64,000 nt of DNA from Candidatus Micrarchaeota archaeon (lineage in GTDB: Archaea; Micrarchaeota; Micrarchaeia; Norongarragalinales; Norongarragalinaceae): contig CAYOZI010000001.1 of assembly GCA_964408425.1 (NCBI GenBank), positions 8,861 to 72,860 of the forward strand, given 5' to 3'. Of the stretch, positions 9,088-18,938 are shown in pieces. The notes under the pieces were generated by a model. The model was not told the DNA's origin. It worked only from the letters and a program-made list of their open reading frames with translations, and made no database searches. Both the position numbers and the translations under genes were made by a program. How positions within the stretch are numbered: position 1 is the stretch's first letter; each line of letters begins with the position of its first letter.

Positions 9088-9558
9088 TCAACCTAAGGAG
9101 GAAAGGCATTGTTGCTTCAATTCTTCAGGCAGCCCGTCGCAAGGAACCGCTTCTGAGGGGGAAAAACCGTCTGAAGCCGCAGGCTGGACGTCCTGCAAGC
9201 ACTGCGCTTTCAGCCCTTCTGGCACGCCTTCGCACGGGGAAGAAGGTTCCAAAAGCGAAGGCGGAACTTCGTTTGAAGAGAAAGGCTGAACCGATTGCAG
9301 ACAATCTTGCTTCAAACCACTACCGTCAGGCAAGCCCGAACACGGTTCAACGGAAGTCTCGTCCAAAACAGGCGCGGCTTCCTGGGTAGGCGGGGAAACC
9401 ACGTTTACGGCAACCACTCCCGTCGCAGGAGGCTGAGGCGCGACAGGCGCGGGATTCTGGGACGGCAGCTGCAAAACCCAGCTGAAAAAAACCAGCGCCA
9501 ACGCCAGAACCGCCCAAGCGGCAAGCATTACAATCCTTTGGTCCAAAATCCCTTTCAT
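9088..9558 (-). CDS. Small single-pass membrane protein with three PCxG(L/V)PxxLKxxCL repeats
   Basis: Paralog of 5272..5718; ATG at 9558 immediately follows the upstream stop. Confidence 0.8.
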   Translation of the reverse strand: MKGILDQRIVMLAAWAVLALALVFFSWVLQLPSQNPAPVAPQPPATGVVAVNVVSPPTQEAAPVLDETSVEPCSGLPDGSGLKQDCLQSVQPFSSNEVPPSLLEPSSPCEGVPEGLKAQCLQDVQPAASDGFSPSEAVPCDGLPEELKQQCLSSLG

Positions 9559-9560
9559 TT

Positions 9561-10676
9561 TCAACACGCTTCCTGAACGCACAATTGAATTCCGTTCACT
9601 TTCAAGCCTCTGGGAACGAACGGTAAAACACAGTTTCCGCTTGACAACTGCGCATCAACCAAAACGCATTTTCCGGTTAGCTTAGAGAAAATGTTTTTGT
9701 TCACCACGAGATTGTCGTCAACGATAACGTCGTTTCCTGAACTTGAAATCGGGCTGGTGCCTTCAAGCACGATGCTGCCGTAAACGAGCAAGTTCGAAGG
9801 CCTTTTTTCACCTCCGTAGTTTGAAGAGCCGAAGGCAACAGTCGGGCTGAGGAACCTTGCATAAAGGCTGTAGAAAGTCGGCAGGCTGTACTTTCCGAAA
9901 AGAAGGTGGGTGAAAGTCTGGATTTTTTGCTCGTAGAAATAATCCTGCTGGTAGCCGGTCAGCGCGCCTCCAATCACGAAATAATTCGGGGGAAAAGCAG
10001 AAAACAGGGTGTTCACAGGCAACCGAACGCTGTAAGCCTGGCTGAAATCCGCACTCTCTCCGGCGTAAACGTCTTTAGCCGACACTACGCCCTTGGTCAA
10101 AACATTATCAGCATAAACGTTGTTCAGCCAAGCGCTTCCGCCCACGGCTTGCGAATAGTAAAACCTCTTGCGTTCCTTAAGCAATTCCTTCTCACCGCTT
10201 GAATCCACGTAAACCAGGCGCAGGTAATAAGCCGTGTTTATCCTCAGCAAAGGAGGGGCTACCGGAGTGGGCGAAGGGCACGGATAGCCTGCAACGCAAG
10301 CGTAAACTCGGTTAACTTGGGTTTTGGAGAAAGTCAAGTCGAAAACCGAGTCTGCATTCAACTCGTCCGTCTGCGTGAGCAACGGAGTTCCGCCCGTTGA
10401 AGCAGTGTAAACCTCGCCCCTCACGCTTCCCGAAACCGCCTTTCCCAGCGAGTCTTTAATCTTTCCCTGCACGTTCAACACAGGGTATGAAGAGCCTACA
10501 ATTGCGGTAGGAGTCTCGTAAGTATTCAAGTCGAAATCCGTTCTAATGTCCACGGAAACCGAACCATCCGATGGAGCGGTAATGCCAGTAACGTCAATAG
10601 GATCGCTGATTTCCTGCGCGAAAACCAAGCTTGAAACAAACAAAACCGCTAAAACCGAAGCTAAAAATTTTTTCAT
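9561..10676 (-). CDS. Secreted fibre-like protein (paralog C, shorter)
   Basis: Signal peptide MKKFLASVLAVLFVSSLVFA; PVLNVQGKI...VFDLTF...YYLRLVY N-domain shared with A and B; three-Cys C-terminus. Confidence 0.72.
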   Translation of the reverse strand: MKKFLASVLAVLFVSSLVFAQEISDPIDVTGITAPSDGSVSVDIRTDFDLNTYETPTAIVGSSYPVLNVQGKIKDSLGKAVSGSVRGEVYTASTGGTPLLTQTDELNADSVFDLTFSKTQVNRVYACVAGYPCPSPTPVAPPLLRINTAYYLRLVYVDSSGEKELLKERKRFYYSQAVGGSAWLNNVYADNVLTKGVVSAKDVYAGESADFSQAYSVRLPVNTLFSAFPPNYFVIGGALTGYQQDYFYEQKIQTFTHLLFGKYSLPTFYSLYARFLSPTVAFGSSNYGGEKRPSNLLVYGSIVLEGTSPISSSGNDVIVDDNLVVNKNIFSKLTGKCVLVDAQLSSGNCVLPFVPRGLKVNGIQLCVQEAC

Positions 10677-10706
10677 TTCCCAAACCACCCCGTTAATGCA
10701 AAAAAA

Positions 10707-11951
10707 TTATTTCCTTTTCCTCTCAGCTTTTGTTTTGCTTAAGCGAAGGTACAGCAACGCGGTGAAAACCAACGCCAAAACCGCAATCAAATCCGTTTCC
10801 GGCAAAGCCTTCCTTTCCGTAACCAAAAGCAACGCCTTGTCCTCGACATCAGCGTACTCGACGCCGTCAACTTCAACCCACGCTTCAACCCTCAACGTTT
10901 TCTTTTCAAACTCCGCATTGGATAACGAAAGCGTCGCTTCAAAAACACCCGGCTTGCCAGTGTAAGAAACGGACACGGGAATTTCCTCGTCGCTCCCGTC
11001 ATCGAAAACCTTCACGTTCAAGCCGGGGTCGCTAGTCAAAGCCAACCCGGTTTTCGGGTCGTTCAACAAAATAATTACTTTCGCGTTTTCCGAAAAGTCT
11101 TCAGCCGAAGAGCCGGAAAAAACCTTTCCCGCTTCAATCCTCAAAACGCTTCCCACTCTCGAAGAATCGACGCAAGCGCTGCAAGCCACGCAAACCTGGC
11201 TTAAAACGCAGCCGTCATTCAAATCGCAAGTTTCTCCGAACTCGCGAACTCCGTTCCCGCAAACCGCTCCGCCCCCGCCCCCATCGTCAGGAGGAAGGAT
11301 GTCTTCCCTGGCCCTGAAAACCGGGTAGGAATTGGGTTGCGCAGGCGGCGAACGGGCAAAACACTCCACGAACTCTCCGTTTACCACTCCGCTGGAAATT
11401 ACCGTTGAAGTGAAAGGCGGGCTTCCTTGATAAAAGCAAACTCCCTCGAACTCCAAGCCAGTAGGGTCCGGAGAAAACTGGGTGGTGATTTCGCCGTTGT
11501 ACCCGCAATCGGCTTCGACCGAATCCTCTTCAGGAACGCCGGAAAACGACAGGGTCACCGCAACGTAAGTGGAACTAGAACCCGAATCCGGTTCAAGGAA
11601 AGCAATGCAGGATTTGCCCCCGCCCGGAGGGGTTACGGTAGGAGACGGAATTGGGGTGGGAGTGGCGGAAGGCGTGGGCGACGGGGTTGCGGTCGCCGCC
11701 GCTGAAACGAAAGGACAGGTTTGCCCGTAACACGGGCCCAAGTCCGTGTTCAACTCGCCGTCGTTCGACCCTATCGGCGGCAGGACTATCGAATATTCGA
11801 CGGAATAACCGTCTATTGCAGAAGGTCCTTCGAAACCCGCTGGTCCGATGTGAAAGCTCGTGTAAAAATCGTTGAAATTCGAATCGTAAGAAAAAGCCAG
11901 AGATGAAAAAACAATCAGGAAAAAGAAAAATGCGCTTGGTTTTCCCTTCAA
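10707..11951 (-). CDS. Secreted Cys-rich surface protein with Pro/Thr linker and C-terminal LPET-TM-basic tail
   Basis: Signal peptide, GPCYGQTCP, TPSPTP linker, CGNGVREFGETCD repeat, LRIEAGKV domain, LPETDLIAV-TM-KAERKRK. Confidence 0.75.
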   Translation of the reverse strand: MKGKPSAFFFFLIVFSSLAFSYDSNFNDFYTSFHIGPAGFEGPSAIDGYSVEYSIVLPPIGSNDGELNTDLGPCYGQTCPFVSAAATATPSPTPSATPTPIPSPTVTPPGGGKSCIAFLEPDSGSSSTYVAVTLSFSGVPEEDSVEADCGYNGEITTQFSPDPTGLEFEGVCFYQGSPPFTSTVISSGVVNGEFVECFARSPPAQPNSYPVFRAREDILPPDDGGGGGAVCGNGVREFGETCDLNDGCVLSQVCVACSACVDSSRVGSVLRIEAGKVFSGSSAEDFSENAKVIILLNDPKTGLALTSDPGLNVKVFDDGSDEEIPVSVSYTGKPGVFEATLSLSNAEFEKKTLRVEAWVEVDGVEYADVEDKALLLVTERKALPETDLIAVLALVFTALLYLRLSKTKAERKRK

Positions 11952-12003
11952 AATAAAAACCCTGCCCGTTGTTTTTTCCTACGAACAACTTACGAAGAGA
12001 GTG

Positions 12004-12885
12004 TTATTTAAACGTTTTTTCCGAAAGCAACGGATTCGCTAAAGGCGAGACGACCGGCGACGGTTGAGCAAAAGGAGAAGGGGAAAGGGAGGGCAGGCTT
12101 GAAGACCGCATAGGAATTTCGGCAATTTTCATTACGCTCGGAACTTGAAAAGTTTGCTTTGATAAAGAAAAAGCGCCGATGTCGGTTGAAACTAGGGAGA
12201 AAGGCGACGAGGTATTCCCAGAAGGAGGCAAAACAGGCTGCACTGCAACCAAAACCTGCGAAAACTGCAAGCCGGGCAAGGAAAAAGGCCGAATCGAAGG
12301 AGTTTCAACTGCAGAACCGTACGGCGGCAAAAACCCCCCGCTTTCGAGCCTGCAACGCAATTTCACGTAGTTGTCCAACTGCCTTCGGTAGATTACCTTG
12401 TTTCTGGAGTCTTTCACAACCACCTCCCGCACGCCGCACGAGAAAGGAGCGAAAAGAACCGCGTTCGGAACGGTTACGCTTGATTCTCGTCCAACGCAGC
12501 CGCCACTGCCGCCGTCAAGAACTCCGCTCGCGCTTCCGAAACACTCGGGAGAGTCGGACAAAACCGTTTTGGTGAAAGAAAATTTGGCGGAAAAAACCGG
12601 TTGTTTCCTCGAATTCCTCAATTCCATCGTGAAATCCCCCGAACCCCCCTGTTTTTGCAAGAACGAGTCGTACAACACCACCCGGTCGACCGAAACCCGC
12701 CCTCCCTCGTTGGAAAACCTGAATGCGAAAACGGGCTTGAGGAAATCTTTCGCAACCGTGAAAAGCCGCTCGCCGCCAGCCTTGCTCAAATCACCTTCCG
12801 AACTTCCGCCGCCCGCCATAGAAAAGCCGCTTGCGCTTGCGCCCAGGATTACGGCGAAAAACAATGCAAACAGCAGTTTATTCAA
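12004..12885 (-). CDS. Secreted protein, possibly related to the N-terminal accessory domain of M64 peptidases
   Basis: Signal peptide; beta-rich region ending LFAPFS...EVVVKDSRNKVIY; Pro/Ser-rich tail; overlaps the stop of the upstream peptidase gene. Confidence 0.55.
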   Translation of the reverse strand: MNKLLFALFFAVILGASASGFSMAGGGSSEGDLSKAGGERLFTVAKDFLKPVFAFRFSNEGGRVSVDRVVLYDSFLQKQGGSGDFTMELRNSRKQPVFSAKFSFTKTVLSDSPECFGSASGVLDGGSGGCVGRESSVTVPNAVLFAPFSCGVREVVVKDSRNKVIYRRQLDNYVKLRCRLESGGFLPPYGSAVETPSIRPFSLPGLQFSQVLVAVQPVLPPSGNTSSPFSLVSTDIGAFSLSKQTFQVPSVMKIAEIPMRSSSLPSLSPSPFAQPSPVVSPLANPLLSEKTFK

Positions 12886-15881
12886 GAAAATCCCTCCAAC
12901 GACTGGTTCAACGACCGTTGGTTCACTTTCCCGAAAGCATCACGCCAAGCGTAATCGCTATCCGTGACAAACCCGGGAGACCAAAACAATACAGGCGAAA
13001 AATCCAGGTAGTAATGGAACAAGACGAACGAAAACCAGTCCCCGCCGCTGCTCATCATCGACCTCACCGTCGGCCTCGCCCCGCTCTCCCCGTCCGTACA
13101 ACCCGGAGGAGTGTAAGACAAGATGCGCGTGTAGTTAACGCAACTCACGTCCCCGTAAATGCAATGCCAGTAATCATCATCAAGAGGCTGTTCGGAACTC
13201 TCGCTATGCAAATAATCCAATTCGGGCTCGCTCAGGATTTTCAACGCGCCCTTGCCCCCGCCAACCAAATCCCCCCACCATTCCATTGCTGTTGAAGAAT
13301 TCGGAGCGCAGCTCGGCATTCCCTCCGTGTTCCCAGGCCACTCGTCTTTCAACCAGCTTAAAGCATGCCCGAACTCGTGCACAACCGCGGCCGTTTCCCA
13401 CCGGTCGTACTCGAACCTAGTCGTAACCATGAAAAACATCGGATAAGCCATCCCCCCGTTTCCGCCAATGTTGTTTGTCGTCAAAACCCCGCGCAAGTCC
13501 GCAGGACAGGACAATACAGCCGCAGTCCAATCGCCCGAACCACCGCTGCAAAACCGCCAGTTCGCCTCGCAGTAATCACCCATGCGGCTGAAGCGCAAAA
13601 AGTTTATCTTCTGCTCTTGGGAGTGCAACGGTTCTATCAACGAAAGCCCTGTGAGAGAAAAGTTGCTGTCGTTGTCGAAACTCGCTTGCCGGTAGTGCCA
13701 CTCCTGCTCGTCGTAAGAATAATTCATCCCGTCCCCGAACAACGCCACGTCCAGCTTAGTCTCTGGGTTGCCGCTGTAATCCCACACGATGCAAGCGTCG
13801 GTATACAAAACAGGCGTGCCAGCCGCGGTGAGGTTGTTGTTCGAATAATCCGGCTCGAAACCCTGCTGGAACGGGTTTGCATTGGCGAAAACCGAGAAGT
13901 CGCTCTCGCCGAAAAACTCTTCAGGAGGAGTCCAGTTGAAAACAACCGTCGAGTTGCCCAAAGCGTTCCACGCCCCCTCGCCCGGCTGGATTTCAAAAGT
14001 GCCGAGCGTCACCGGCTCGGTCCAAAAACCGCTTTCGTTCGCAGGCGTGTAATACTCGAAATGCGTTTCGTTCAAAACCACGCTGATGACCGAAAAAGTC
14101 CCGTTCGGAAAAGGCGCGTTCCCCAAGTTTTTCACTACGACGACAACCTGCCCCGCGTGATTAATGTCAGGCTGCGTCGGGAAGCTTATTTCGTCTACCG
14201 CCAAGTCCGGAACGTTAACAAAAACATTTTGAGAGCGGTTGTTGTTTCCCTCGCTTTCCTCCAAACCGGCAATGTTCGGCTCGTCGGAAACGAACGCCTT
14301 GAGCGAATGGCTTCCGCCCACGCTCGGCGTCCAGTCGAACTGCACCAGGGCAGAAGCGCTTCCGTTCCATAACCCCTCGCTCTTGCTAACGTTCTTGATT
14401 CCTATGAAACGCGCGTCGCTCTGGTTGAGAGTGAAAATATCTCGCGTCAAAACCACGAAAATGTTCGTGGTGTTGGAAGGAAACGGCGCGTTGCGCAAGT
14501 TCGCTATCGTAATGTTGATCGTGGAAGGCTGCAATATTCGCAGAGTTGGGGTGGAAATGCTTTGAACCGCCAAATCCGGCCTATCCACGTTCACGCTCAA
14601 GTTCAAAACGTTGTTCGACTCGCTCTCCTCCACGCCGTTCGCATCCGGAACGTCGTCAACTTCCAAGGTCAAATTGCGCAGCCCCCCGCTTTGCGGAGTC
14701 CAGTCGAAAACAAAACTGTTTTTGCCCCAAGCGAGCCAAACGCCAGCGTTTTTGGAAACGTTCACTTCCTCTACCACGGTGTTCGCGTCTTTCAGCCTAA
14801 CGAAAACATTCCGAGTAGAAGCCGGAATGGAAGCGTTGTTGGCGTTAGAAACGTTGACTTCCACCCGGACTTTCTTCCAAATCGACGGGCTTTGCAAAAC
14901 CCGGATGCTCTGCGCGACCAAATCCGGCTTTGTGATTCCAACCGAAACGTTCATCGCTGCAATATTGTTGTTCTCGCTAACCTCCCTGCCGTAAGGCTCT
15001 CCGAATTCCGGATAATCATCCGCATAAACGTAAACCGGATAATTGCCGCTCTTCATTGGAATCCAGTCGAAAGAAACCCTGCTTTCCCCGTTCGCATTCC
15101 ACGCTCCAGAGTTTTTCGGAATCAAAACCATTCTAGCGCAGCCGTTCGTTTGCATGCACGATTGGAATTCAGCCTGGTCCTGCTCGTCCCAGAACACCCC
15201 GTCGCCGTCAAACCAAACGAAAATCTTTTCAGCAGGATTGCGGCTTGAATCGAAAACGCCGAACCCCACGTTTTTCGAATTACGCACGGTAACATTCACC
15301 CTCTCAAGCTGAAACGCCTCGAAAGGAAGATAGCCTACAGCAAGCCCGCTCAAAGTCAAATCCGGCCTTGCCCCGACGAAAGCCTTCCAATTCACCAAAA
15401 CCCCGTACTCATCCTCGACATTAACAATCCCGTCCTTGTTCCCATCCAACAAGGAACAGGAAACCGTTTCCCCACCAACAACGCAGTTTTCCGAAGAGTT
15501 TTTCCCCGCATTCCCTTCAACCGCAACCAAATCCGGATTGCTCACGTAAAAATCGTCGTTGTAATCGTAAAAAGAAACCGGGCTGCACGAAGAGCCGTAG
15601 TCATACCCCAACGCTGCGTTATCCCTCTCGTCCACAACCCCGTCGCGATTCGCGTCGAACGCTTTGCAAACGATTCCCGTATTCAAATTCCAAGAGCAAG
15701 AGTTTTGCGAAGAGCTTTTCCCGAAATTCTCCCTCAACGGACCCTGGTCCGCATCATTCACAATCCCGTCGTAATTGACGTCCGAATAGCAGGAAGAAGA
15801 ATAGGCGGACGCGAATAGGGAAAAGCCCGCAACTAGGAGCACGAACGCTATGGCAACAAAGGCAAAAATTCGGCGTTTCAT
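12882..15881 (-). CDS. Large secreted zinc metallopeptidase (M64-like) with dockerin/EF-hand-like Ca-binding repeats and CARDB-like Ig repeats
   Basis: DVNYDGIVNDAD, DANRDGVVDERD and DGNKDGIVNVED; four PDL...E..E.NN repeats; LDVALFGDG, HEFGHALSWLKDE and RPTVRSMM. Confidence 0.8.
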   Translation of the reverse strand: MKRRIFAFVAIAFVLLVAGFSLFASAYSSSCYSDVNYDGIVNDADQGPLRENFGKSSSQNSCSWNLNTGIVCKAFDANRDGVVDERDNAALGYDYGSSCSPVSFYDYNDDFYVSNPDLVAVEGNAGKNSSENCVVGGETVSCSLLDGNKDGIVNVEDEYGVLVNWKAFVGARPDLTLSGLAVGYLPFEAFQLERVNVTVRNSKNVGFGVFDSSRNPAEKIFVWFDGDGVFWDEQDQAEFQSCMQTNGCARMVLIPKNSGAWNANGESRVSFDWIPMKSGNYPVYVYADDYPEFGEPYGREVSENNNIAAMNVSVGITKPDLVAQSIRVLQSPSIWKKVRVEVNVSNANNASIPASTRNVFVRLKDANTVVEEVNVSKNAGVWLAWGKNSFVFDWTPQSGGLRNLTLEVDDVPDANGVEESESNNVLNLSVNVDRPDLAVQSISTPTLRILQPSTINITIANLRNAPFPSNTTNIFVVLTRDIFTLNQSDARFIGIKNVSKSEGLWNGSASALVQFDWTPSVGGSHSLKAFVSDEPNIAGLEESEGNNNRSQNVFVNVPDLAVDEISFPTQPDINHAGQVVVVVKNLGNAPFPNGTFSVISVVLNETHFEYYTPANESGFWTEPVTLGTFEIQPGEGAWNALGNSTVVFNWTPPEEFFGESDFSVFANANPFQQGFEPDYSNNNLTAAGTPVLYTDACIVWDYSGNPETKLDVALFGDGMNYSYDEQEWHYRQASFDNDSNFSLTGLSLIEPLHSQEQKINFLRFSRMGDYCEANWRFCSGGSGDWTAAVLSCPADLRGVLTTNNIGGNGGMAYPMFFMVTTRFEYDRWETAAVVHEFGHALSWLKDEWPGNTEGMPSCAPNSSTAMEWWGDLVGGGKGALKILSEPELDYLHSESSEQPLDDDYWHCIYGDVSCVNYTRILSYTPPGCTDGESGARPTVRSMMSSGGDWFSFVLFHYYLDFSPVLFWSPGFVTDSDYAWRDAFGKVNQRSLNQSLEGFS

Positions 15882-15996
15882 TGCGTTAAAATATGACGAA
15901 AACAACATTAAAAACTATTATTTTAACCACTAAACAGTTTATAACAAAACGAGTTTTTGATTGCTCGAACGCTACAAGTGGCGTTTTGAAATAAGG

Positions 15997-18456
15997 CTAA
16001 CCCCACGAACCTAATCCCGTCTGCTTTCCCTTGTTTTTCAACGCGTCCTCGTCGAAACCCAGTGACCCCAGGATCCTCAAAACGGCAGGCAAAACCTGGT
16101 GGTTCACGTAATAATCCGCATCGTAATCCTTAGCCAGTTCAACAACCCTCGACTGCAAATAAATCTTCTGCTTGCTCTTCGAAGTTTCCTTCCCTTCCGT
16201 CGTAATGACGAATCCGATTACGGAATTCTCCGGAATGCGCATTCCCTGTTTTATAGCGTTTTGCACAGCCCCCAATTCCGGCGACTGCACTGCATAAGAA
16301 GAAGCGCTTTTCCTCAATTGCGTGTAAATAACGCAATCCTCGAGAGGGATTTTCCCGGCCTTCAAATCCTCGACCGTTTTCATCACCAACGCCGCGGCTT
16401 TTTCCACATCCCCTTCCTTCAACAGTATTTCCAGAACTTTTCTCTGCGTTTCCTTCGCGATCTTGCTCCAATCCCTTCTCACCAATTCAAAGCCCCTTAT
16501 CTTGATTTTTCCCTTCTCGTCTATCAAAGCATACTTCTTTTTCGCGCCCTGCTCCTCCGCTCCCTTGACTTTCCTGGAAACGAATATTCCCCGCGGATAA
16601 AACCCTTCCAACTCCAGCTGCATTGCCTCGGGAAGGCCGGCGTTAATCTTTTTTTGAAAAGCAACGACCTTTTCCTTGCTCGAGTAAAGCAAAAACGCGG
16701 AATCCGTATCCGCGTACAAAGGCTTCAACCCGAATTCCTCCGCCTTCTGGAGCGTTTGCTGTATATAGTGCCTCCCCCAAGCGGTAGTCGCCTCCCCTCC
16801 CTCTCGCGTATACCACCGTGAACGCGCGTAGAGAAGATATCCGTAAGTGGAATTCGCCAGGATTTTCAACGACCACTGCCTTGCATCGAGAATCTTGTAC
16901 TCCTCGGACTTTTCATCCACGCTTTTCATCTGTTTTTTTATCTTCGCCCTTTCCTTCAAAACCTCCTCCAGCATTTCCGGAATGATTCCCTTCCGTTTTT
17001 TGCAGAAGTGATGGCCTTGAGGAGAAACGAAACCGTCTCCCTTGCAACAATCGCAATTGAGCGTCGTAGAGTCGATGTTATGGGAAATGATTATGGACGG
17101 ATACAGGGACCGGAAATCGAGGACTGCGATATTTTCGTAAACCCCGGCATCCGGCGTTTTGACGAACGCCCCTTCCACCATCCCCTGCCTCGCGTCGATA
17201 TCTTCGGAAGAAGGCTTGTTGGGAGCCAATTCGTTTCTTTCAAACGCCTTGCTTAAAAGAAAAGTCTCGACCAATTGCGATGAAGTGGCGCGCGAAACTT
17301 CGATCAAAGGCATTTTGACGAGTTTTCCCAATTCCAGCTGCAGCGGAAGAAAGCGTTTAGCCAAGCCCAGGCAGGCGACCGCATCAACAAGGCAGTATTC
17401 CGCAAGGAAATCCCGCTCTTTTTGAGAGCCGGAATCCCAAATCTTGTGGATGTCCTGTTTTTTCACGCCCAGCTTCTTTCCCCCGAGAACCGTGGCGTAA
17501 ACCTCTTCGAGAGTCAAACGCGAAACCTTGATCGTTCCCGTGAAATTCAGGAACGAAGCGACGGGAAAAACATCGTAGTGGATCCTTCCGGAAATCTCGG
17601 AAATGTTCCTCAAGCCTATCCTTCTTGTTTTGACAGGGTTTTTGTCCCTGCCCAAGCGGAAGTCGGCACTAAGCTTTTTCGCCCTGGTTTGAAGATAAGG
17701 CAAATCGAACTGGTCCCCGTTGTAAGTGCATATAACGTCAACGTGTTTTTCCCTCAGCAAATCGCAATACGCTTCGATCATTTTCCTTTCCGAATCGAAG
17801 CTCTTAACGAATTTTTCCGAAAAGTGCTTGTCGTAAGAATAAACGCCCTTCGCCTCGCCGTCGAACCCGATCATCAAAGCAGGATCTTTCTCCGCGTTAG
17901 GGATGGTTTCCGGATTGTAAGTTTCAATATCCAGCGAAAGAAAACGCAGCTTTGGAATCTCGTCGGAATCCACAGTCTTTATTTTTCTGATTGAAAGCCC
18001 CGCGTGCTCCACTTCCTGCAAGGCGTTGGGCTTCAGGCTCTTATCCAGCAGATAACGCCGCGTGTAGGGAATGTCGAATTCGAAAGGCTCGCCGTATTTC
18101 TTCGCCCCTTCCCTCAGCGAAGGGACGTCCGACGCTTTAAAGCCAAATACTTTCAGCAAAACCACGTTTTTGTTTCGGAAGGAAAGCGAGGTTTCCTCAA
18201 CCCTCTTCACCCTGCAGTCTCCGAATTTCGACGAAACAACCATGCTCTCTAGCTTTCCCTTAGCCTCCTTCAGGCTCTCCTTGGGTTTCAGCAAAAAGTA
18301 GGGCTCGAAATTATCATACAGCCGGATGGTTTTTCCGGAAAGCGTTTTGAGCGTCAGGCGTATGGCGCTTTCCTTGTTTTTCAAAACGTGGTCTACATCC
18401 AGCAGAAACGCTTTCACCACGCCGTTCTTGTTCTTTGCCTTCACGATCAAACCCAC
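15997..18456 (-). CDS. polB: Family B DNA polymerase
   Basis: Exonuclease DIETY and YNGDQFDLPY; polymerase DFRSLYPSII, KILANSTYGY, YADTDS and KKKYA; no intein. Confidence 0.97.
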   Translation of the reverse strand: MGLIVKAKNKNGVVKAFLLDVDHVLKNKESAIRLTLKTLSGKTIRLYDNFEPYFLLKPKESLKEAKGKLESMVVSSKFGDCRVKRVEETSLSFRNKNVVLLKVFGFKASDVPSLREGAKKYGEPFEFDIPYTRRYLLDKSLKPNALQEVEHAGLSIRKIKTVDSDEIPKLRFLSLDIETYNPETIPNAEKDPALMIGFDGEAKGVYSYDKHFSEKFVKSFDSERKMIEAYCDLLREKHVDVICTYNGDQFDLPYLQTRAKKLSADFRLGRDKNPVKTRRIGLRNISEISGRIHYDVFPVASFLNFTGTIKVSRLTLEEVYATVLGGKKLGVKKQDIHKIWDSGSQKERDFLAEYCLVDAVACLGLAKRFLPLQLELGKLVKMPLIEVSRATSSQLVETFLLSKAFERNELAPNKPSSEDIDARQGMVEGAFVKTPDAGVYENIAVLDFRSLYPSIIISHNIDSTTLNCDCCKGDGFVSPQGHHFCKKRKGIIPEMLEEVLKERAKIKKQMKSVDEKSEEYKILDARQWSLKILANSTYGYLLYARSRWYTREGGEATTAWGRHYIQQTLQKAEEFGLKPLYADTDSAFLLYSSKEKVVAFQKKINAGLPEAMQLELEGFYPRGIFVSRKVKGAEEQGAKKKYALIDEKGKIKIRGFELVRRDWSKIAKETQRKVLEILLKEGDVEKAAALVMKTVEDLKAGKIPLEDCVIYTQLRKSASSYAVQSPELGAVQNAIKQGMRIPENSVIGFVITTEGKETSKSKQKIYLQSRVVELAKDYDADYYVNHQVLPAVLRILGSLGFDEDALKNKGKQTGLGSWG

Positions 18457-18593
18457 CTTTCAAAATATAGAACAGGAGTATCAGGGAAAAAGCGTTTTTA
18501 TTGCTTGGCTGGAGGACAGGAAAAAAGGAAGGTTATTTAACGCCTTTTCGAGTAAACCGTTTTAATACACTAGAAAAAGGGGTGTTTTTCAGA

Positions 18594-18938
18594 ATGCCAA
18601 CTCCTCAGAGAGGCAGGGAAACCGCCGAAGGCATCATCTCCCAAATGCAAACGCTTGAATCCAAATTAAACCTCATCGCCCAGAGGATAAAAACGATGGA
18701 AAAGAACGAGGAAATCCTCGGAAGGACGTTAATAACCTTGAACGACAAGCTCGACAAGGTTTCCAAAGAAGGCTTTACCACTTCATCCAAGGGAGAGAAG
18801 GTTGACGAGGCGAAATACGCCACGAAGCAAGAAGTGCGCGAACTCAAAGCTTTGCTAGATGCGATTAATCCCCTCGAATTCGCGACCGTCGACCAGGTCA
18901 AGGAATTGATGGACGACGCTTTGAAAAAAAGAAAGTGA
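18594..18938 (+). CDS. Hypothetical coiled-coil protein
   Basis: ATG preceded by GGGGTG; heptad-rich; C-terminal INPLEFATVDQVKELM; coupled to the next gene. Confidence 0.7.
   Translation: MPTPQRGRETAEGIISQMQTLESKLNLIAQRIKTMEKNEEILGRTLITLNDKLDKVSKEGFTTSSKGEKVDEAKYATKQEVRELKALLDAINPLEFATVDQVKELMDDALKKRK

Noticed and set aside
5272..9558. CRISPR array suggested by repeated sequences
   Set aside because: The repeats lie inside coding paralogs, without regular repeat-spacer periodicity or cas genes.
274..11951. Diversity-generating retroelement acting on the fibre genes
   Set aside because: No reverse transcriptase in the window, and the repeat pairs are either exact or differ at mixed bases, not in the adenine-specific TR/VR pattern.
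274..11951. Provirus tail-gene cluster or invertible shufflon
   Set aside because: The proteins have Sec-type signal peptides; no capsid, terminase, integrase or invertase genes were seen; all repeats are direct, not inverted.
15997..18456. Intein, split or inactivated PolB
   Set aside because: Single ORF of ordinary length with contiguous, intact exonuclease and polymerase motifs.
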